Source of the DNA: Candidatus Sericytochromatia bacterium
GTDB taxonomy: Bacteria; Cyanobacteriota; Sericytochromatia; S15B-MN24; UBA4093
Direction of reading: 5' to 3'
DNA length: 64,000 bases
Assembly: GCA_036676495.1 (NCBI GenBank)
Contig: JAKFCT010000029.1
Location: forward strand, 32,001 to 96,000
Shown here: one piece after another, positions 1-9,359 of the stretch
Layout: every line of letters starts with the position of its first letter
Numbering within the stretch: the first letter of the stretch is position 1
Notes under the pieces: generated by a model
Seen by the model: only the letters and a program-made list of their open reading frames with translations
The model's database searches: none
What the model was told of the DNA's origin: nothing
Program-made: the position numbers and the translations under genes

Positions 1-476
1 GTGAATTCCGGGCGCAGCAACGCATATCGAGACCCTAGCAAGAGTAAGGTCTCGGGTGGACACGAATAAGCAAGTTGCTCGGCTCCCAGGTTCTGGTTCA
101 GCAGAATGTCGGCGGAATACGACGGCAAATGGTTGTAGTCATCGAAGAGCAGCACCTTATGGCCTGCTAAGCGCACCCGCTGCGGAAAATTAGCATCGAA
201 ATGGTAACCGTCTAGCACCAGCCACGAGGAAGGGGAGGACTCCAGTTCCCTAAGTGTGATGTCCAGGTCAAGCGAATCGGGATGCGGGGCCGCCACCGAT
301 ACGAAGCGCGCCCCCATGGATATGATGCGCGATTGAAGTGAGTCACTGAGGGAATGACTCAAGAACACAACCTCTCCGCCACGTTGCCGCCAGGCCTGGG
401 CTAAAGCAAGGCAGCGCATGACATGCCCGCTCCCGAGTTGGACCGAAGCATCCGCTCGGAATATGAGGCTGGGCAA
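1..476 (-). CDS. pseG: UDP-2,4-diacetamido-2,4,6-trideoxy-beta-L-altropyranose hydrolase (PseG-like), 3' end beyond window
   Basis: Not in the ORF track. Manual minus-strand translation from TTG at 476 gives LPSLIFRADASVQLGSGHVMRCLALAQAW...WLVLDGYHF...LLFDD...ADILLNQN...LLLGSRYALLRPEF, the PseG/SpsG N-terminal signature. Directly follows pseC. Confidence 0.85.
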   Translation of the reverse strand, partial: MPSLIFRADASVQLGSGHVMRCLALAQAWRQRGGEVVFLSHSLSDSLQSRIISMGARFVSVAAPHPDSLDLDITLRELESSPSSWLVLDGYHFDANFPQRVRLAGHKVLLFDDYNHLPSYSADILLNQNLGAEQLAYSCPPETLLLLGSRYALLRPEF

Positions 477-480
477 GACG

Positions 481-1671
481 CTATGCAAGGTAGACCCTCA
501 GAACTTTTTTGATAGCCCTGACGACGTCTTCGGCATCTTCGTCACCCATGAGGGGGAAGATGGGCAGCGAAAGGACCTCCTCATAGGCTTGTTCAGCATT
601 CGGGCATTGACCGCGCCGGGTTCCGAATTGGTCTCGATAAAATGGGTGCATGTGCACGGGAACGTAATGAACATTCACGCCGACGCCCTCGGCGCGAAGC
701 GCCGCAAAAATGGTGGCGCGATCCGCCTTCAGGCGTTCGAGGTCAAGCCTAATGACATAAAGGTGATAGGCATGAGCAACCTCAGGAAGCGACCGTAATG
801 GCTGAAGCCCCTCGATTGCGCCAAACGCTCGATCATAGAGCATAGCAATGGCTTGTCTCCGCTGCAGCCACTCTGGCAGTTTCTTCAACTGAGATACTCC
901 CAGCGCGCATTGCAAATCGGTCAGGCGATAGTTGAAGCCCAACTCAACCATTTCGTAATACCAAGAACCAGCTTGCTCCCGGGCACGATGATCGCTCGTG
1001 ATGCCGTGGTTTCGAAAGGTCCGCAATCGTCGTGCCAAAGCGGGGTCGTCCGTCGTCACCATGCCGCCCTCGCCTGTCGTCAAGGGCTTCACCGGATGAA
1101 AGCTGAAGGCGCTCACGTCTGCCAGTGTACCGACGGGACGACCTTGGAAAGCACCGCCAAGCGAGTGGCAAGCGTCGGCAGCCAAGCGCAGGCCGTGCCT
1201 TTCGGCAAGCACACGAAGTGCCTGATAATCACAAGGCTGCCCCGCGTAATCGACGGCAAGTATCGCCTTCGTTCGTGGTGAAATCAGGGCCTCGACGCTT
1301 TCCGGGTCGATAAGCAAAGTCTCGGGCAACACATCAGCGAAAATGGGAGTCCCGCCCTGGTACACCACGGCGTTCGCGGTGGCGGCGAATGTCATCGCGG
1401 GCACGATCACCTCGTCGCCTGGACCGATTTCCAGGGATGCCATGGCGGCATGCAGAGCCGCAGTACCATTACTGACTGCGACTGCCTCACTGGCCTGAGT
1501 AATACCGGCAAAGGCGGCTTCGAACTCTGGAACTTTGGGCCCGGTAGTTAGCCAATCAGAGCGCAAAGCCGAAACGACGGCATCGATATCCGAATCGTCA
1601 ATGCTCTGCCGACCATAAGGGAGCAGCCGATCTCGAATCGGCGGGCCGCCATGCAGCGCCAGCTTATCCAT
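481..1671 (-). CDS. pseC: UDP-4-amino-4,6-dideoxy-N-acetyl-beta-L-altrosamine transaminase (DegT/DnrJ family)
   Basis: LPYGRQSID, SDWLTTGPKV, DACHSLG, FSFHPVKPLTTGEGG and VNVHYVPVH motifs. Start taken at MDKLAL, overlapping the pseB stop. Confidence 0.92.
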   Translation of the reverse strand: MDKLALHGGPPIRDRLLPYGRQSIDDSDIDAVVSALRSDWLTTGPKVPEFEAAFAGITQASEAVAVSNGTAALHAAMASLEIGPGDEVIVPAMTFAATANAVVYQGGTPIFADVLPETLLIDPESVEALISPRTKAILAVDYAGQPCDYQALRVLAERHGLRLAADACHSLGGAFQGRPVGTLADVSAFSFHPVKPLTTGEGGMVTTDDPALARRLRTFRNHGITSDHRAREQAGSWYYEMVELGFNYRLTDLQCALGVSQLKKLPEWLQRRQAIAMLYDRAFGAIEGLQPLRSLPEVAHAYHLYVIRLDLERLKADRATIFAALRAEGVGVNVHYVPVHMHPFYRDQFGTRRGQCPNAEQAYEEVLSLPIFPLMGDEDAEDVVRAIKKVLRVYLA

Positions 1672-2668
1672 GGCGGCTTCCCTCGAGGGGAGCAACCATA
1701 GCGCGCAACTCCTCGACAGTCAGCCAGTGCGTATTCATTTCGCTACTGTAGTAGAAGTCCTCCGAGCAGAGCTTCCCCCCAAACACCTGGGCGGCATCCT
1801 GAAATTCCCCGTCCAGGCCAGTAGGAAGAATAGCGAAGTAATCGTCGTACTCAATGGTCCGGCGAGCATCATCATGAGGCACCATGACCTCATGAAGCTT
1901 TTCTCCGGGGCGTATGCCCACGATCTTAGTTTCACAGCCAGGAGCTATCGCCGAGGCCAGATCCATGATGTTCATACTGGGAATCTTTGGAACGAAGACC
2001 TCTCCGCCCCGCATCCGCTGCAAGCTCTTCAGGACGAATTCAACGCCTTGATCCAAGGTAATCCAGAACCGCGTCATCCGAGAATCAGTAATCGGAATCA
2101 GCCCGGTTTCCCGCAGCTTCATGAAGAGGGGAACCACACTGCCCCGGCTACCGACGACATTACCGTAGCGCACGACGCTGAAGCGAGTCGAGCGTTGACC
2201 CGAATAGCTGTTACCTGCGGTAAACAGCTTATCCGAGCAAAGCTTGGTGGCCCCATACAGGTTGACCGGATTTGCTGCCTTATCGGTACTCAATGCGACG
2301 ACATGGCCCACCCCCCGATCGATGGCAGCATCGATGATATTTGCCGCTCCGAGCACGTTCGTCTTGATGGCTTCAAACGGGTTGTACTCGCAAGCTGGCA
2401 CTTGCTTGAGGGCTGCAGCATGCACAACCACGTCCACCCCATCGAAGGCGCGGTAGAGACGGTCGCGATCCCGAACATCACCAATGAAGTAACGAATGCA
2501 AGGAAAGCGTTCCTCCGGGAAGCGCTGGCGCATTTCGAACTGCTTCAGTTCGTCCCGGCTAAAGATGATTAAGCGCTTGGGTCGATAGTACCGAAGTACC
2601 GTCTCCGTGAACTTCTGCCCAAAGGAGCCTGTTCCGCCCGTTACCACTACCACTTTGTCATTAAGCAT
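1664..2668 (-). CDS. pseB: UDP-N-acetylglucosamine 4,6-dehydratase (inverting)
   Basis: TGGTGSFG, FSRDELKQFEM, HAAALKQVPACEYNP, STDKAANPVNLYGATKL, RYGNVVGSRGSVVP and GIRPGEKLHE motifs. Confidence 0.95.
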   Translation of the reverse strand: MLNDKVVVVTGGTGSFGQKFTETVLRYYRPKRLIIFSRDELKQFEMRQRFPEERFPCIRYFIGDVRDRDRLYRAFDGVDVVVHAAALKQVPACEYNPFEAIKTNVLGAANIIDAAIDRGVGHVVALSTDKAANPVNLYGATKLCSDKLFTAGNSYSGQRSTRFSVVRYGNVVGSRGSVVPLFMKLRETGLIPITDSRMTRFWITLDQGVEFVLKSLQRMRGGEVFVPKIPSMNIMDLASAIAPGCETKIVGIRPGEKLHEVMVPHDDARRTIEYDDYFAILPTGLDGEFQDAAQVFGGKLCSEDFYYSSEMNTHWLTVEELRAMVAPLEGSRHG

Positions 2669-2791
2669 GTCGGAGTTCCCATCTTTTCTGCTTAGTATCG
2701 CGCCTTCAAGCTCTATGTACGCGGCCCAGTTATTTTTTAAAAGCCTCACTTATTTGCTTCGACTGCGCGCAACCTAACTTGATGGCCTTTA

Positions 2792-3730
2792 TCAACTTAG
2801 CTGCCCGCTCAAATCGAGAAAGCAAGGCTTACCGGACTTGACCGGATAGCGCTTCAAGCCATCCTCAGAGAGGACGTAGGAGGCTAGGCCGTCCCAGCGC
2901 ATTGGAGTCTTGTCGATCGGGCAAGCCATTACGCGGTTGAGCAGAGTCAGATAATCCTCGCTTGGACCCTCTAGTAGGACTTCACCTGGCTTGGAAGCAA
3001 CCATGCAGTAGGCACCCGGATGCTGCTGAAGCACCGGAACAGACGGATATGGCACGCTCAGCGACTCGGACGATTGACGTTCGTAGAGCTCGAAGAATTG
3101 TTCCATCTGGTTTACAAACTTTAAGACAACCTGTCTTACGTCGGCATGGGGGATGTATGCTTGGCACTCGTTCAACATGTCCAGAGTCACGCGGAAGATA
3201 CCGTCGGTCGGGTACAACTGTTCGACGTGAAGGCCATTCTTCTCGGCAAAGGACAGCAACGCATAGCGGGTGTAACGGAAGTAATCGTGAGGGATCTGAT
3301 GCTCTCCCTGATGAAAGGGAACATAGAGAAATAGCTTGCCACCCGGCTTTAGCACGCGCGCCACTTCGGAGAAGAAGGCGCCCGGATCGGGGTAATGCTC
3401 AAGGCTGGTAAAATTCAGGCAGACATCAACGCTTTCAGTACGAATGGGAAGAGCTAGCGCGTCTCCGATTAAATCGAGTCCCGAGAAGTCCCAATTAGCA
3501 TCCCCAATCGCCGAGTCGATCGCTAAGTAGTGCGTATGCTCAAAGAACGGCTTATAACGCAGTTGCCCAGCTGAAATATCAAGCACGAGGGACTCGGAGT
3601 CGCAAGCGCTCCCAGCATCAAACAAAAAATTGAAAATTCGTTCGGATTGGACGTGATGGGGGTACATCGCCCATCCCATTTGCGTCTTGAAAGCGTGTTG
3701 AAGGAGGTCTCGGTCTAGGGCACTTTTCAT
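2792..3730 (-). CDS. Class I SAM-dependent methyltransferase with C-terminal Trm112-like domain
   Basis: VLDISAG motif I, GDALALP, SLEHYPDP...RVLKPGG; C-terminus MACPIDKTPM...RYPVKSGKPCFL resembles Trm112. Start set at MKSALD. Confidence 0.75.
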   Translation of the reverse strand: MKSALDRDLLQHAFKTQMGWAMYPHHVQSERIFNFLFDAGSACDSESLVLDISAGQLRYKPFFEHTHYLAIDSAIGDANWDFSGLDLIGDALALPIRTESVDVCLNFTSLEHYPDPGAFFSEVARVLKPGGKLFLYVPFHQGEHQIPHDYFRYTRYALLSFAEKNGLHVEQLYPTDGIFRVTLDMLNECQAYIPHADVRQVVLKFVNQMEQFFELYERQSSESLSVPYPSVPVLQQHPGAYCMVASKPGEVLLEGPSEDYLTLLNRVMACPIDKTPMRWDGLASYVLSEDGLKRYPVKSGKPCFLDLSGQLS

Positions 3731-3938
3731 GATGATGTCATCTCCGTCACGAAAGCATTGAAAGCCGCCCTCACGATAACACACCCCCGTTTCACCCTTC
3801 AAACCGAACAGCAGACCCACCCTCCTTTGCGACCGTGGTCATGACGCTTAGCGAAGTACACAACTCTGCGAAGAACGCAACTCGCTGAAGTGTATGCTTA
3901 GCTCGTTTGCGGGATCCTAGGGATCCTTAGGAGATCGC

Positions 3939-3967
3939 TTGCCAACCCATGCCTCCTGTGATAGTTT
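3939..3967 (+). promoter_or_regulatory. sigma70-type promoter for 6S RNA
   Basis: TTGCCA (3939-3944), 17 bp spacer ending TGn, TAGTTT (3962-3967), just upstream of the 6S 5' stem. Confidence 0.6.
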
Positions 3968-3971
3968 TAGT

Positions 3972-4153
3972 GCACCCTGTTGGGGTCCGTGAGGCGGTCC
4001 AATTCTTGGGCTACAATTATCTTGAAAAGGGCGCCCCAGCGCTCCGAGGATGGAAGTAGACCGCCCGCGTAGGCGGAAACGGAAACTCCTCGGGAGGGCA
4101 CCCACCTGCCAAAAGCAGGTTCAAGAATTCCCGCCCACGACCTCGATGGGGCT
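3972..4153 (+). ncRNA. ssrS: 6S RNA
   Basis: About 180 nt rod: 5' CCCTGTTGGGGTCCGTGAGGCGG pairs with 3' CCGCCCACGACCTCGATGGGG. Contains GAGGGCACCCACCTGC-AAAA-GCAGGTTCAA, as in Bacillus-type 6S RNAs. Followed by a T run. Confidence 0.85.
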
Positions 4154-4177
4154 CTTTTTTTCTCCCGAGACCATGCC

Positions 4178-4645
4178 ATGACCAAGCCGCAAACGCTGAA
4201 CCTGCCCGATGCCGATGCCACCCAGCGCCTGGGAAGGCTGCTCGGGCAGCTCGTCCAGGCCGGTGACGTCCTCTTGCTCCAGGGGGACCTCGGGGCCGGC
4301 AAGACCACCCTCACCCAGGGCCTGGCCCAGGGGATGGACATCGCCGATCGCATCACCAGCCCCACCTTCGCCCTCCTGCATGAGTACGAAGGCCGCCTTC
4401 CGCTCTTCCACTTCGACCTCTACCGGCTCGACGCTCCCGACCTCAGCCAGCTCGGCTTCGAGGAGATCTGGGAGGACGGGCATGGAGTCGTCGTGATCGA
4501 GTGGCCGGAACGGCTCGGGGATCAGGGTCCCGCCGAGCACCTGGACATCCGGATCGTCATCCAAGGCGACGGGCGGGTCGCCACGCTGACGGCCACGGGC
4601 GATCGCCCCCGCCGCCTCCTCCAGGAGCTCGAACAGGCCTGGTAA
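4178..4645 (+). CDS. tsaE: tRNA threonylcarbamoyladenosine biosynthesis ATPase TsaE
   Basis: GDLGAGKTT, ITSPTF, HFDLYRL and VIEW motifs. Confidence 0.96.
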   Translation: MTKPQTLNLPDADATQRLGRLLGQLVQAGDVLLLQGDLGAGKTTLTQGLAQGMDIADRITSPTFALLHEYEGRLPLFHFDLYRLDAPDLSQLGFEEIWEDGHGVVVIEWPERLGDQGPAEHLDIRIVIQGDGRVATLTATGDRPRRLLQELEQAW

Positions 4646-4648
4646 CAG

Positions 4649-5172
4649 CTACCGCGGCCCCGCCAGCAGCTCCTGCACCCGCTGCGCGCCCACGCGCCCA
4701 TGCTGCAGCATCGACATCGCCGACTGCGCCATCACCTGCGCCTTCGTCATGGCCATCACCTCCTGGGCCATGTCCACGTCCAGGATCCGCGAGCGCGACT
4801 GCTCATTCATGATGCCCATCCACATGACGTTGCTGAGGCGGTGGCCCAGCCCGTTGATCGTGGCCCCGATGCCCGCCCGGATCTCCATCACCTCTGCCAG
4901 CGCCGCGTCCGCCTTGAGCACCGCCTCCTTGGCGTGCTCCGCGCTCAGAACGAAGACGTCATTCAGGCTCAGCTCGTCGGCCCCTACGGGCGGGAGGCCT
5001 GATTGAAGCCCAGGACCTGGCTGCGCAGCTTCGCGGCGATGGAGAGGCCCGCGGCGTCGTCCGAGGCCTGGTTGACGCGCAGGCCGGAGGAGAGGCGACG
5101 CAGGGATCGATCGAGCGACGTGGCCTGGAGCGCGAGAGGCCGCATGGACAACTGCAGGCGGGCGGTGAACAA
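4649..5172 (-). pseudogene. Internally deleted, frameshifted flagellin
   Basis: Flagellin N-terminus ([42 protein letters not shown] start after AGGAG, stop at 4984) is in one frame. The C-terminus (IRAGIGA...SRILDVDMAQEV...QSAMSMLQ...VQELL) is in another. The junction is at about 4990 and the central region is missing. Confidence 0.75.
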
Positions 5173-5302
5173 GACGACGACTCCTGCCGGCACGCCGGGG
5201 CATGCCGATAGTCCGGCCGTCGTCGGGCTTGCCGACGGGCCGATGGACAACGATGAGGGCTTTGCGAGGCGCAAGGCGAGCTTGCGGTGAGTGGTAACCT
5301 TA

Positions 5303-5329
5303 TCGTCGGCAGGTCTAACCGGATCTTGA
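5303..5329 (-). promoter_or_regulatory. Possible sigma28 (FliA) promoter
   Basis: Minus strand TCAAG-N14-GCCGACGA upstream of the flagellin remnant. Confidence 0.35.
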
Positions 5330-5449
5330 GGCTCCCTCATGAAACGTCTTCCCGCGCGACGCTCCATGGCCGACGCTGCCTTGCTTTGACGGGCGCGCCC
5401 ATGGTAGGTTGAAGCGATCGCCCCCGTCCTCTCCTCAAGGAGCTCGCCC

Positions 5450-6172
5450 TTGCCTGGTAACTGGGTCCTCGGCCTCAACACCGCCTCCGAAACCCTCGGC
5501 ATCGCCCTCGTCCAGGGAGCGACCCTCCGCGCCGAGTTGGTCCTGGTTCCCGAGTCCTACCGCAGCGGCCACGGCGAGCGGCTGCAGCCCGCCATCGCCC
5601 AAATCTGCGAGCTCTCCGGCATCACGCCCTCCCAGCTCGCCGGGGTCGCCGTCGCTTCGGGCCCCGGAGGCTTCACCGGAGTGCGCACCGGCATGTCCGC
5701 CGCCAAGGCGATCGCCCTCGCCCTGGGCCTCCCGGTCGCCCCCGTCCCCACCCTCCTGGCCCTGGCCGCCCAGTCCCCTCTCGACGGGCTTGTCGCTCCC
5801 ATGCTCGACGCCCGCAAGGACAAGGTCTTCGCCGCCCTCTACCGCCGCGACTCCCATGGGCTGCATGAACTCATCCCGGGCAGCCTCATGAGCCTCTCGG
5901 ACTGGCTGGATCAGCTGGAGGAGTACAAGGGTGAGGCGCTCACCTTCCTGGGTGAGGGCGCCCAGCGGCAACGCGCGGCGATTGCCGCGCGCTTCCCCGT
6001 CCCCGCGCTGCCCGACTCCTCCCACCTCCTCCGCGCCGAATCGGTCGCCCTCCTGGGAGCCGCCATGCTGGAGCGCGGGGAAGGGGTCGACCCGCAGAAT
6101 GCCCTTCCGACCTACATGCGCGAGCCCACCGCCGTCGCCGGCTGGGAGGGCCTCTGCCCCCCGGGAACGTGA
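5450..6172 (+). CDS. tsaB: tRNA threonylcarbamoyladenosine biosynthesis protein TsaB
   Basis: [34 protein letters not shown] and PTYMR motifs. Confidence 0.94.
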   Translation: MPGNWVLGLNTASETLGIALVQGATLRAELVLVPESYRSGHGERLQPAIAQICELSGITPSQLAGVAVASGPGGFTGVRTGMSAAKAIALALGLPVAPVPTLLALAAQSPLDGLVAPMLDARKDKVFAALYRRDSHGLHELIPGSLMSLSDWLDQLEEYKGEALTFLGEGAQRQRAAIAARFPVPALPDSSHLLRAESVALLGAAMLERGEGVDPQNALPTYMREPTAVAGWEGLCPPGT

Positions 6173-6279
6173 TCCCCGCGAAGCCCCGCGTCACCAAACC
6201 GGCAAAGCGTCTTGGCGGTTGGCTCGGTTGCTCTCGGCAGACCTCATGTGCTAGAAACACAACAGGAGGGACTTGAACC

Positions 6280-6807
6280 ATGGCCGAGATCAGCTTCATG
6301 CGACACGACGATCTGATTGACGTCGTCCCTATCGAGCGGCTCTGCTTCGGGGACCGCTGGTCGGTTCAAGCCTTCGCCAACGAGCTCGAGAACCCCGCGA
6401 GCACTTACTTCGTCGCCCGAGAGAGCGGCAAGATCGTGGGCTATGCCGGTTTCTGGCTGATCCTCGACGAGGCGCACATCACCACCATCGCCACCCATCC
6501 GCAATGGCAGCGCCGCAGCATCGGCGAGCAGATGCTGCTCACCATGATCGACGCCGCCGCCGAAAAGGGCGCCAAGTGGCTCACCCTGGAGGTGCGCGTC
6601 TCCAACGCCTCGGCGCAGAAGCTCTACGCCAAGTACGGCTTCACGGCCCTCGGCCGCCGGCGGGGCTACTACCAGGACGACGGCGAGGATGCGCTGGTCA
6701 TGTGGACGGAAAACATCTGGGACCAAGCCTACCGCGAGCGCCTCGAGCGCAATCGCGCGGAGCTCGAGCGAAAGCTCGCCGCGAACCCCTTGGAGCAGGA
6801 ATCCTGA
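6280..6807 (+). CDS. rimI: Ribosomal protein S18-alanine N-acetyltransferase
   Basis: GNAT motifs EAHITTIA, LEVRVSN, GRRRGYYQDDGEDAL; follows tsaB; AGGAGG RBS. Confidence 0.93.
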   Translation: MAEISFMRHDDLIDVVPIERLCFGDRWSVQAFANELENPASTYFVARESGKIVGYAGFWLILDEAHITTIATHPQWQRRSIGEQMLLTMIDAAAEKGAKWLTLEVRVSNASAQKLYAKYGFTALGRRRGYYQDDGEDALVMWTENIWDQAYRERLERNRAELERKLAANPLEQES

Positions 6808-6825
6808 TCCCCGGTCGCCCCACGC

Positions 6826-8148
6826 TCAGTGGGCGATCGCCCCTTCCGACAACCTGAAGGTCTTGCCCGCGAGCCGGCTCGTCACGTGCAGCGTGCTGCG
6901 ATGGAGGGTCAGCTGGACCCCCGGGTAGACCTCGCCCTTCACCACGATTTGAGGCGTCGCACTGGGCTCCTGCTGTTGGAGTTCGAGCTGCTTGATCGCG
7001 AGGCCAATCGCAATCTGTTGCTGGATCAGCTTTCCGAGTGCGGGGTTCGGGTTCGCGCGCGCCTCTTGCAGTCGCGCCTCCACCGCGGCCAGGACCGTTC
7101 GCAACTGGTCGATCTCCGCCTGGAGCTCCTCGGGTTGCTTGCCGCCCTTGAGGAGCTGGATTTCCGCGTGAGTGGGGGTTTCGCTCGGATGGCCGATTTG
7201 CCCCGCCTCGATCTGCACTCCCGCGCTGGCGTGTCCACCGATGAGGCGCTGGCCAACGCTGATCTTGCCACCAGCCTCCAGCGTGCTCTGCACGGCATCC
7301 TTGTCGATCCGGAGATCTCCAAGCGCCTTCAAGGTCGATGAGGTGTCCACGTAGCGCGTGTGAATGCGGTCGGCCTCCAGCACGGCTTTGTTGCGGACCC
7401 CGCCCTTGACCTCGATGCTGCCGACGGCCCTGAGGGTCCCGCCTTCCACGAAGCCATGCACCTCGATGTTGGCGGTCGAGACCACCGAGAAGCCCGACAG
7501 GACATTGCCCTTGATGATCACGGATCCCTGGAAGGCGATGCTGCCGGTGGAGAAGTCGACGTCCTCCACCGTGTAGGCCGGTACCACGGTGAGCTTGCCC
7601 CCCTCGAAGATCGGAAGGCCGTTTATCCCGGCGAGCGCTTCGAGCTTGTCCTGGCTCAGGGTGACGTTCTTGCCGACATTGAAGGGAAGATCGGCACCCG
7701 GTTTGGAAGGAATGGCCTGGCCGGTGACGGTGGAGCCCGGGATCCCCTCCGTGGCCGGAATCTTGCGGGCGAGGACCTGTCCCTGCAGGGCCTGGGTCAC
7801 ATGGTTCTCGCGGAAATCGATCCGGGCTTCGTCTGAGGGGGAGTCAGCGTGGACGCTCTCTTGCTCTTGGAAGAGGTACTCAATCCGCGCGTTCTCTCCG
7901 GGTTGCGGAGGAGTTCCCCTGGCGACCAGCACCGGCTTTTCGGTCGGAGTCTCGGCGACTTGTCGCAGCAAGGCCGCGTCGATCCCATGACGGACGCCGC
8001 CCTGCTGGAGCCGAGCTTCGAGCTCGACCAGCGGAATGGGGCGAGGCGGCATGACGTGGATCCATGCTTCCATGCCGTCACGCTCGACGGAAACCGAGAT
8101 TTCCGGCTTGGAGGCTGACTCTACGGATTCATGTGCATCGGAGGACAT
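6826..8148 (-). CDS. FapA / DUF342 family flagellar assembly protein
   Basis: GVRHGID, VARGTPPQPGENA, LARKIPATEGIPG, DVDFSTGSIAFQGSVIIKGNV, beta-solenoid then coiled coil; AAGGAGG RBS before MSSDA. Confidence 0.85.
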   Translation of the reverse strand: MSSDAHESVESASKPEISVSVERDGMEAWIHVMPPRPIPLVELEARLQQGGVRHGIDAALLRQVAETPTEKPVLVARGTPPQPGENARIEYLFQEQESVHADSPSDEARIDFRENHVTQALQGQVLARKIPATEGIPGSTVTGQAIPSKPGADLPFNVGKNVTLSQDKLEALAGINGLPIFEGGKLTVVPAYTVEDVDFSTGSIAFQGSVIIKGNVLSGFSVVSTANIEVHGFVEGGTLRAVGSIEVKGGVRNKAVLEADRIHTRYVDTSSTLKALGDLRIDKDAVQSTLEAGGKISVGQRLIGGHASAGVQIEAGQIGHPSETPTHAEIQLLKGGKQPEELQAEIDQLRTVLAAVEARLQEARANPNPALGKLIQQQIAIGLAIKQLELQQQEPSATPQIVVKGEVYPGVQLTLHRSTLHVTSRLAGKTFRLSEGAIAH

Positions 8149-8309
8149 AGGCGACCTCCTTTCAGGCCATCGGAGAGGGGGATGCCCCAGGTTAGCAGAC
8201 GTCCTCATTGTGCCCAGTTGGAAGCGTTCCTACAAGCGTAGTTCTTGCCCAATGCGCGCAAGCCGAGCAGCGCGAGCGGGGGGCGCGGGCGCATGACGTC
8301 ATCGTTCCC

Positions 8310-8349
8310 AAAAAAAACGTTCCGCTGCGCGGGCCGCAGCGGAACGTTT
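8310..8349 (-). terminator. Rho-independent terminator
   Basis: AAACGTTCCGCTGCG/CGCAGCGGAACGTTT stem with an A8 run (U tail on minus strand), downstream of 8362..9186. Confidence 0.7.
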
Positions 8350-8361
8350 CTAAGGGGTGGA

Positions 8362-9186
8362 CTAAGAACCCGCCTTGGCTTCCGCCGCCTTCCGGTCCTT
8401 CTGAAGCTTGCCCAGCCAGAGATCCGCTCCCAGCGAGAGCAGGCCTGCTCCGAGGGCGATGCCCCCCGCAATCGCCGCGCCAATCCCCGTGGGCGCGAGG
8501 GCGAGCGTCGCCACGCCCGCCACGCCCGCGATTCCCGAGAGCGCTGCCTTGGTGTTGGCGAGCACCTTCTCGGTCGTGCTGGCCTTGGGATCCTGGTTGA
8601 CCTTCGTCGCGGAGTAGATGTCGTACCCCGCCACGGCCACGCCCGCGAAGGGAGCGATCCGCCCGAGGAAGCGGGTGGCAGGAGCGAGCACCTTGTTATG
8701 CTGGAACGCGGTCGCAATCGCTTTGCCGGCCTTGCTCTCGGCGATCGCCGTGAAGAACTTCCCGAGGCGGGTGCCGCCCTGAACGGCCTTGCCGATTCCC
8801 GGCAGCCGGGCCAGCTCGTCCGAGCTGGTGGCGATCCGCGCCCCTTCCTTGATCCCATCCATGAGCCCGATGCCGTCGGCAATCTTCTTCGCGGTGGAGC
8901 CCTCGTCCTCCGCCTTCTTCTCTTCCGTGGCGGGCTGGCCCTGGGCGGCCCTCACGGCTTGAAGGATCGTCTGCTGGCGCTCGGCCTCGGTCTGAGGCCG
9001 AGCGGCGATCAAGGCCTTGTCCGTCGGCGTCTTGGGCTTGGGCGCTGCCGGCGGGGAGACGGCAGGCTTGCTGCCCGCTGCGCTACCTGCAGCCGTGCTG
9101 CTAGCAGCCGCGCTGCCGGGGGCCGCCGCAGGACGACCTGCCGAAGCCTTGCGAGACGTGTTCAGATTCTCATTGACCGATGCCAT
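8362..9186 (-). CDS. Hypothetical protein, Ala/Pro-rich N-terminus and Gly/Ala-rich hydrophobic C-terminal helices
   Basis: Coding-like codon use, GGGAG RBS, own terminator; hydrophobic segments IAPFAGVAVAGYDIY and GIAGVAGVATLALAPTGIGAAIAGGIALGAGLLSLG. Confidence 0.7.
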   Translation of the reverse strand: MASVNENLNTSRKASAGRPAAAPGSAAASSTAAGSAAGSKPAVSPPAAPKPKTPTDKALIAARPQTEAERQQTILQAVRAAQGQPATEEKKAEDEGSTAKKIADGIGLMDGIKEGARIATSSDELARLPGIGKAVQGGTRLGKFFTAIAESKAGKAIATAFQHNKVLAPATRFLGRIAPFAGVAVAGYDIYSATKVNQDPKASTTEKVLANTKAALSGIAGVAGVATLALAPTGIGAAIAGGIALGAGLLSLGADLWLGKLQKDRKAAEAKAGS

Positions 9187-9359
9187 GCGGGACTCCCCAA
9201 GTATTCAGCGGCGGGCGCCAGGACTGGATCTCTTATGCCCCCCATCCGCCCCCTCCTGGCGCCAGGCAACGATCATTTGAACGGCGTTTAACCGAATCCA
9301 AATAAATACCGCGAAGCCCCCTCGCAAGGAGGGGGCCCAGGGGGTGATCAAGGGGGTGA

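Noticed and set aside
3972-4153. SRP RNA or tRNA, or the short ORFs overlapping this region
   Set aside because: No SRP domain IV motif or cloverleaf; the sequence and fold fit 6S RNA.
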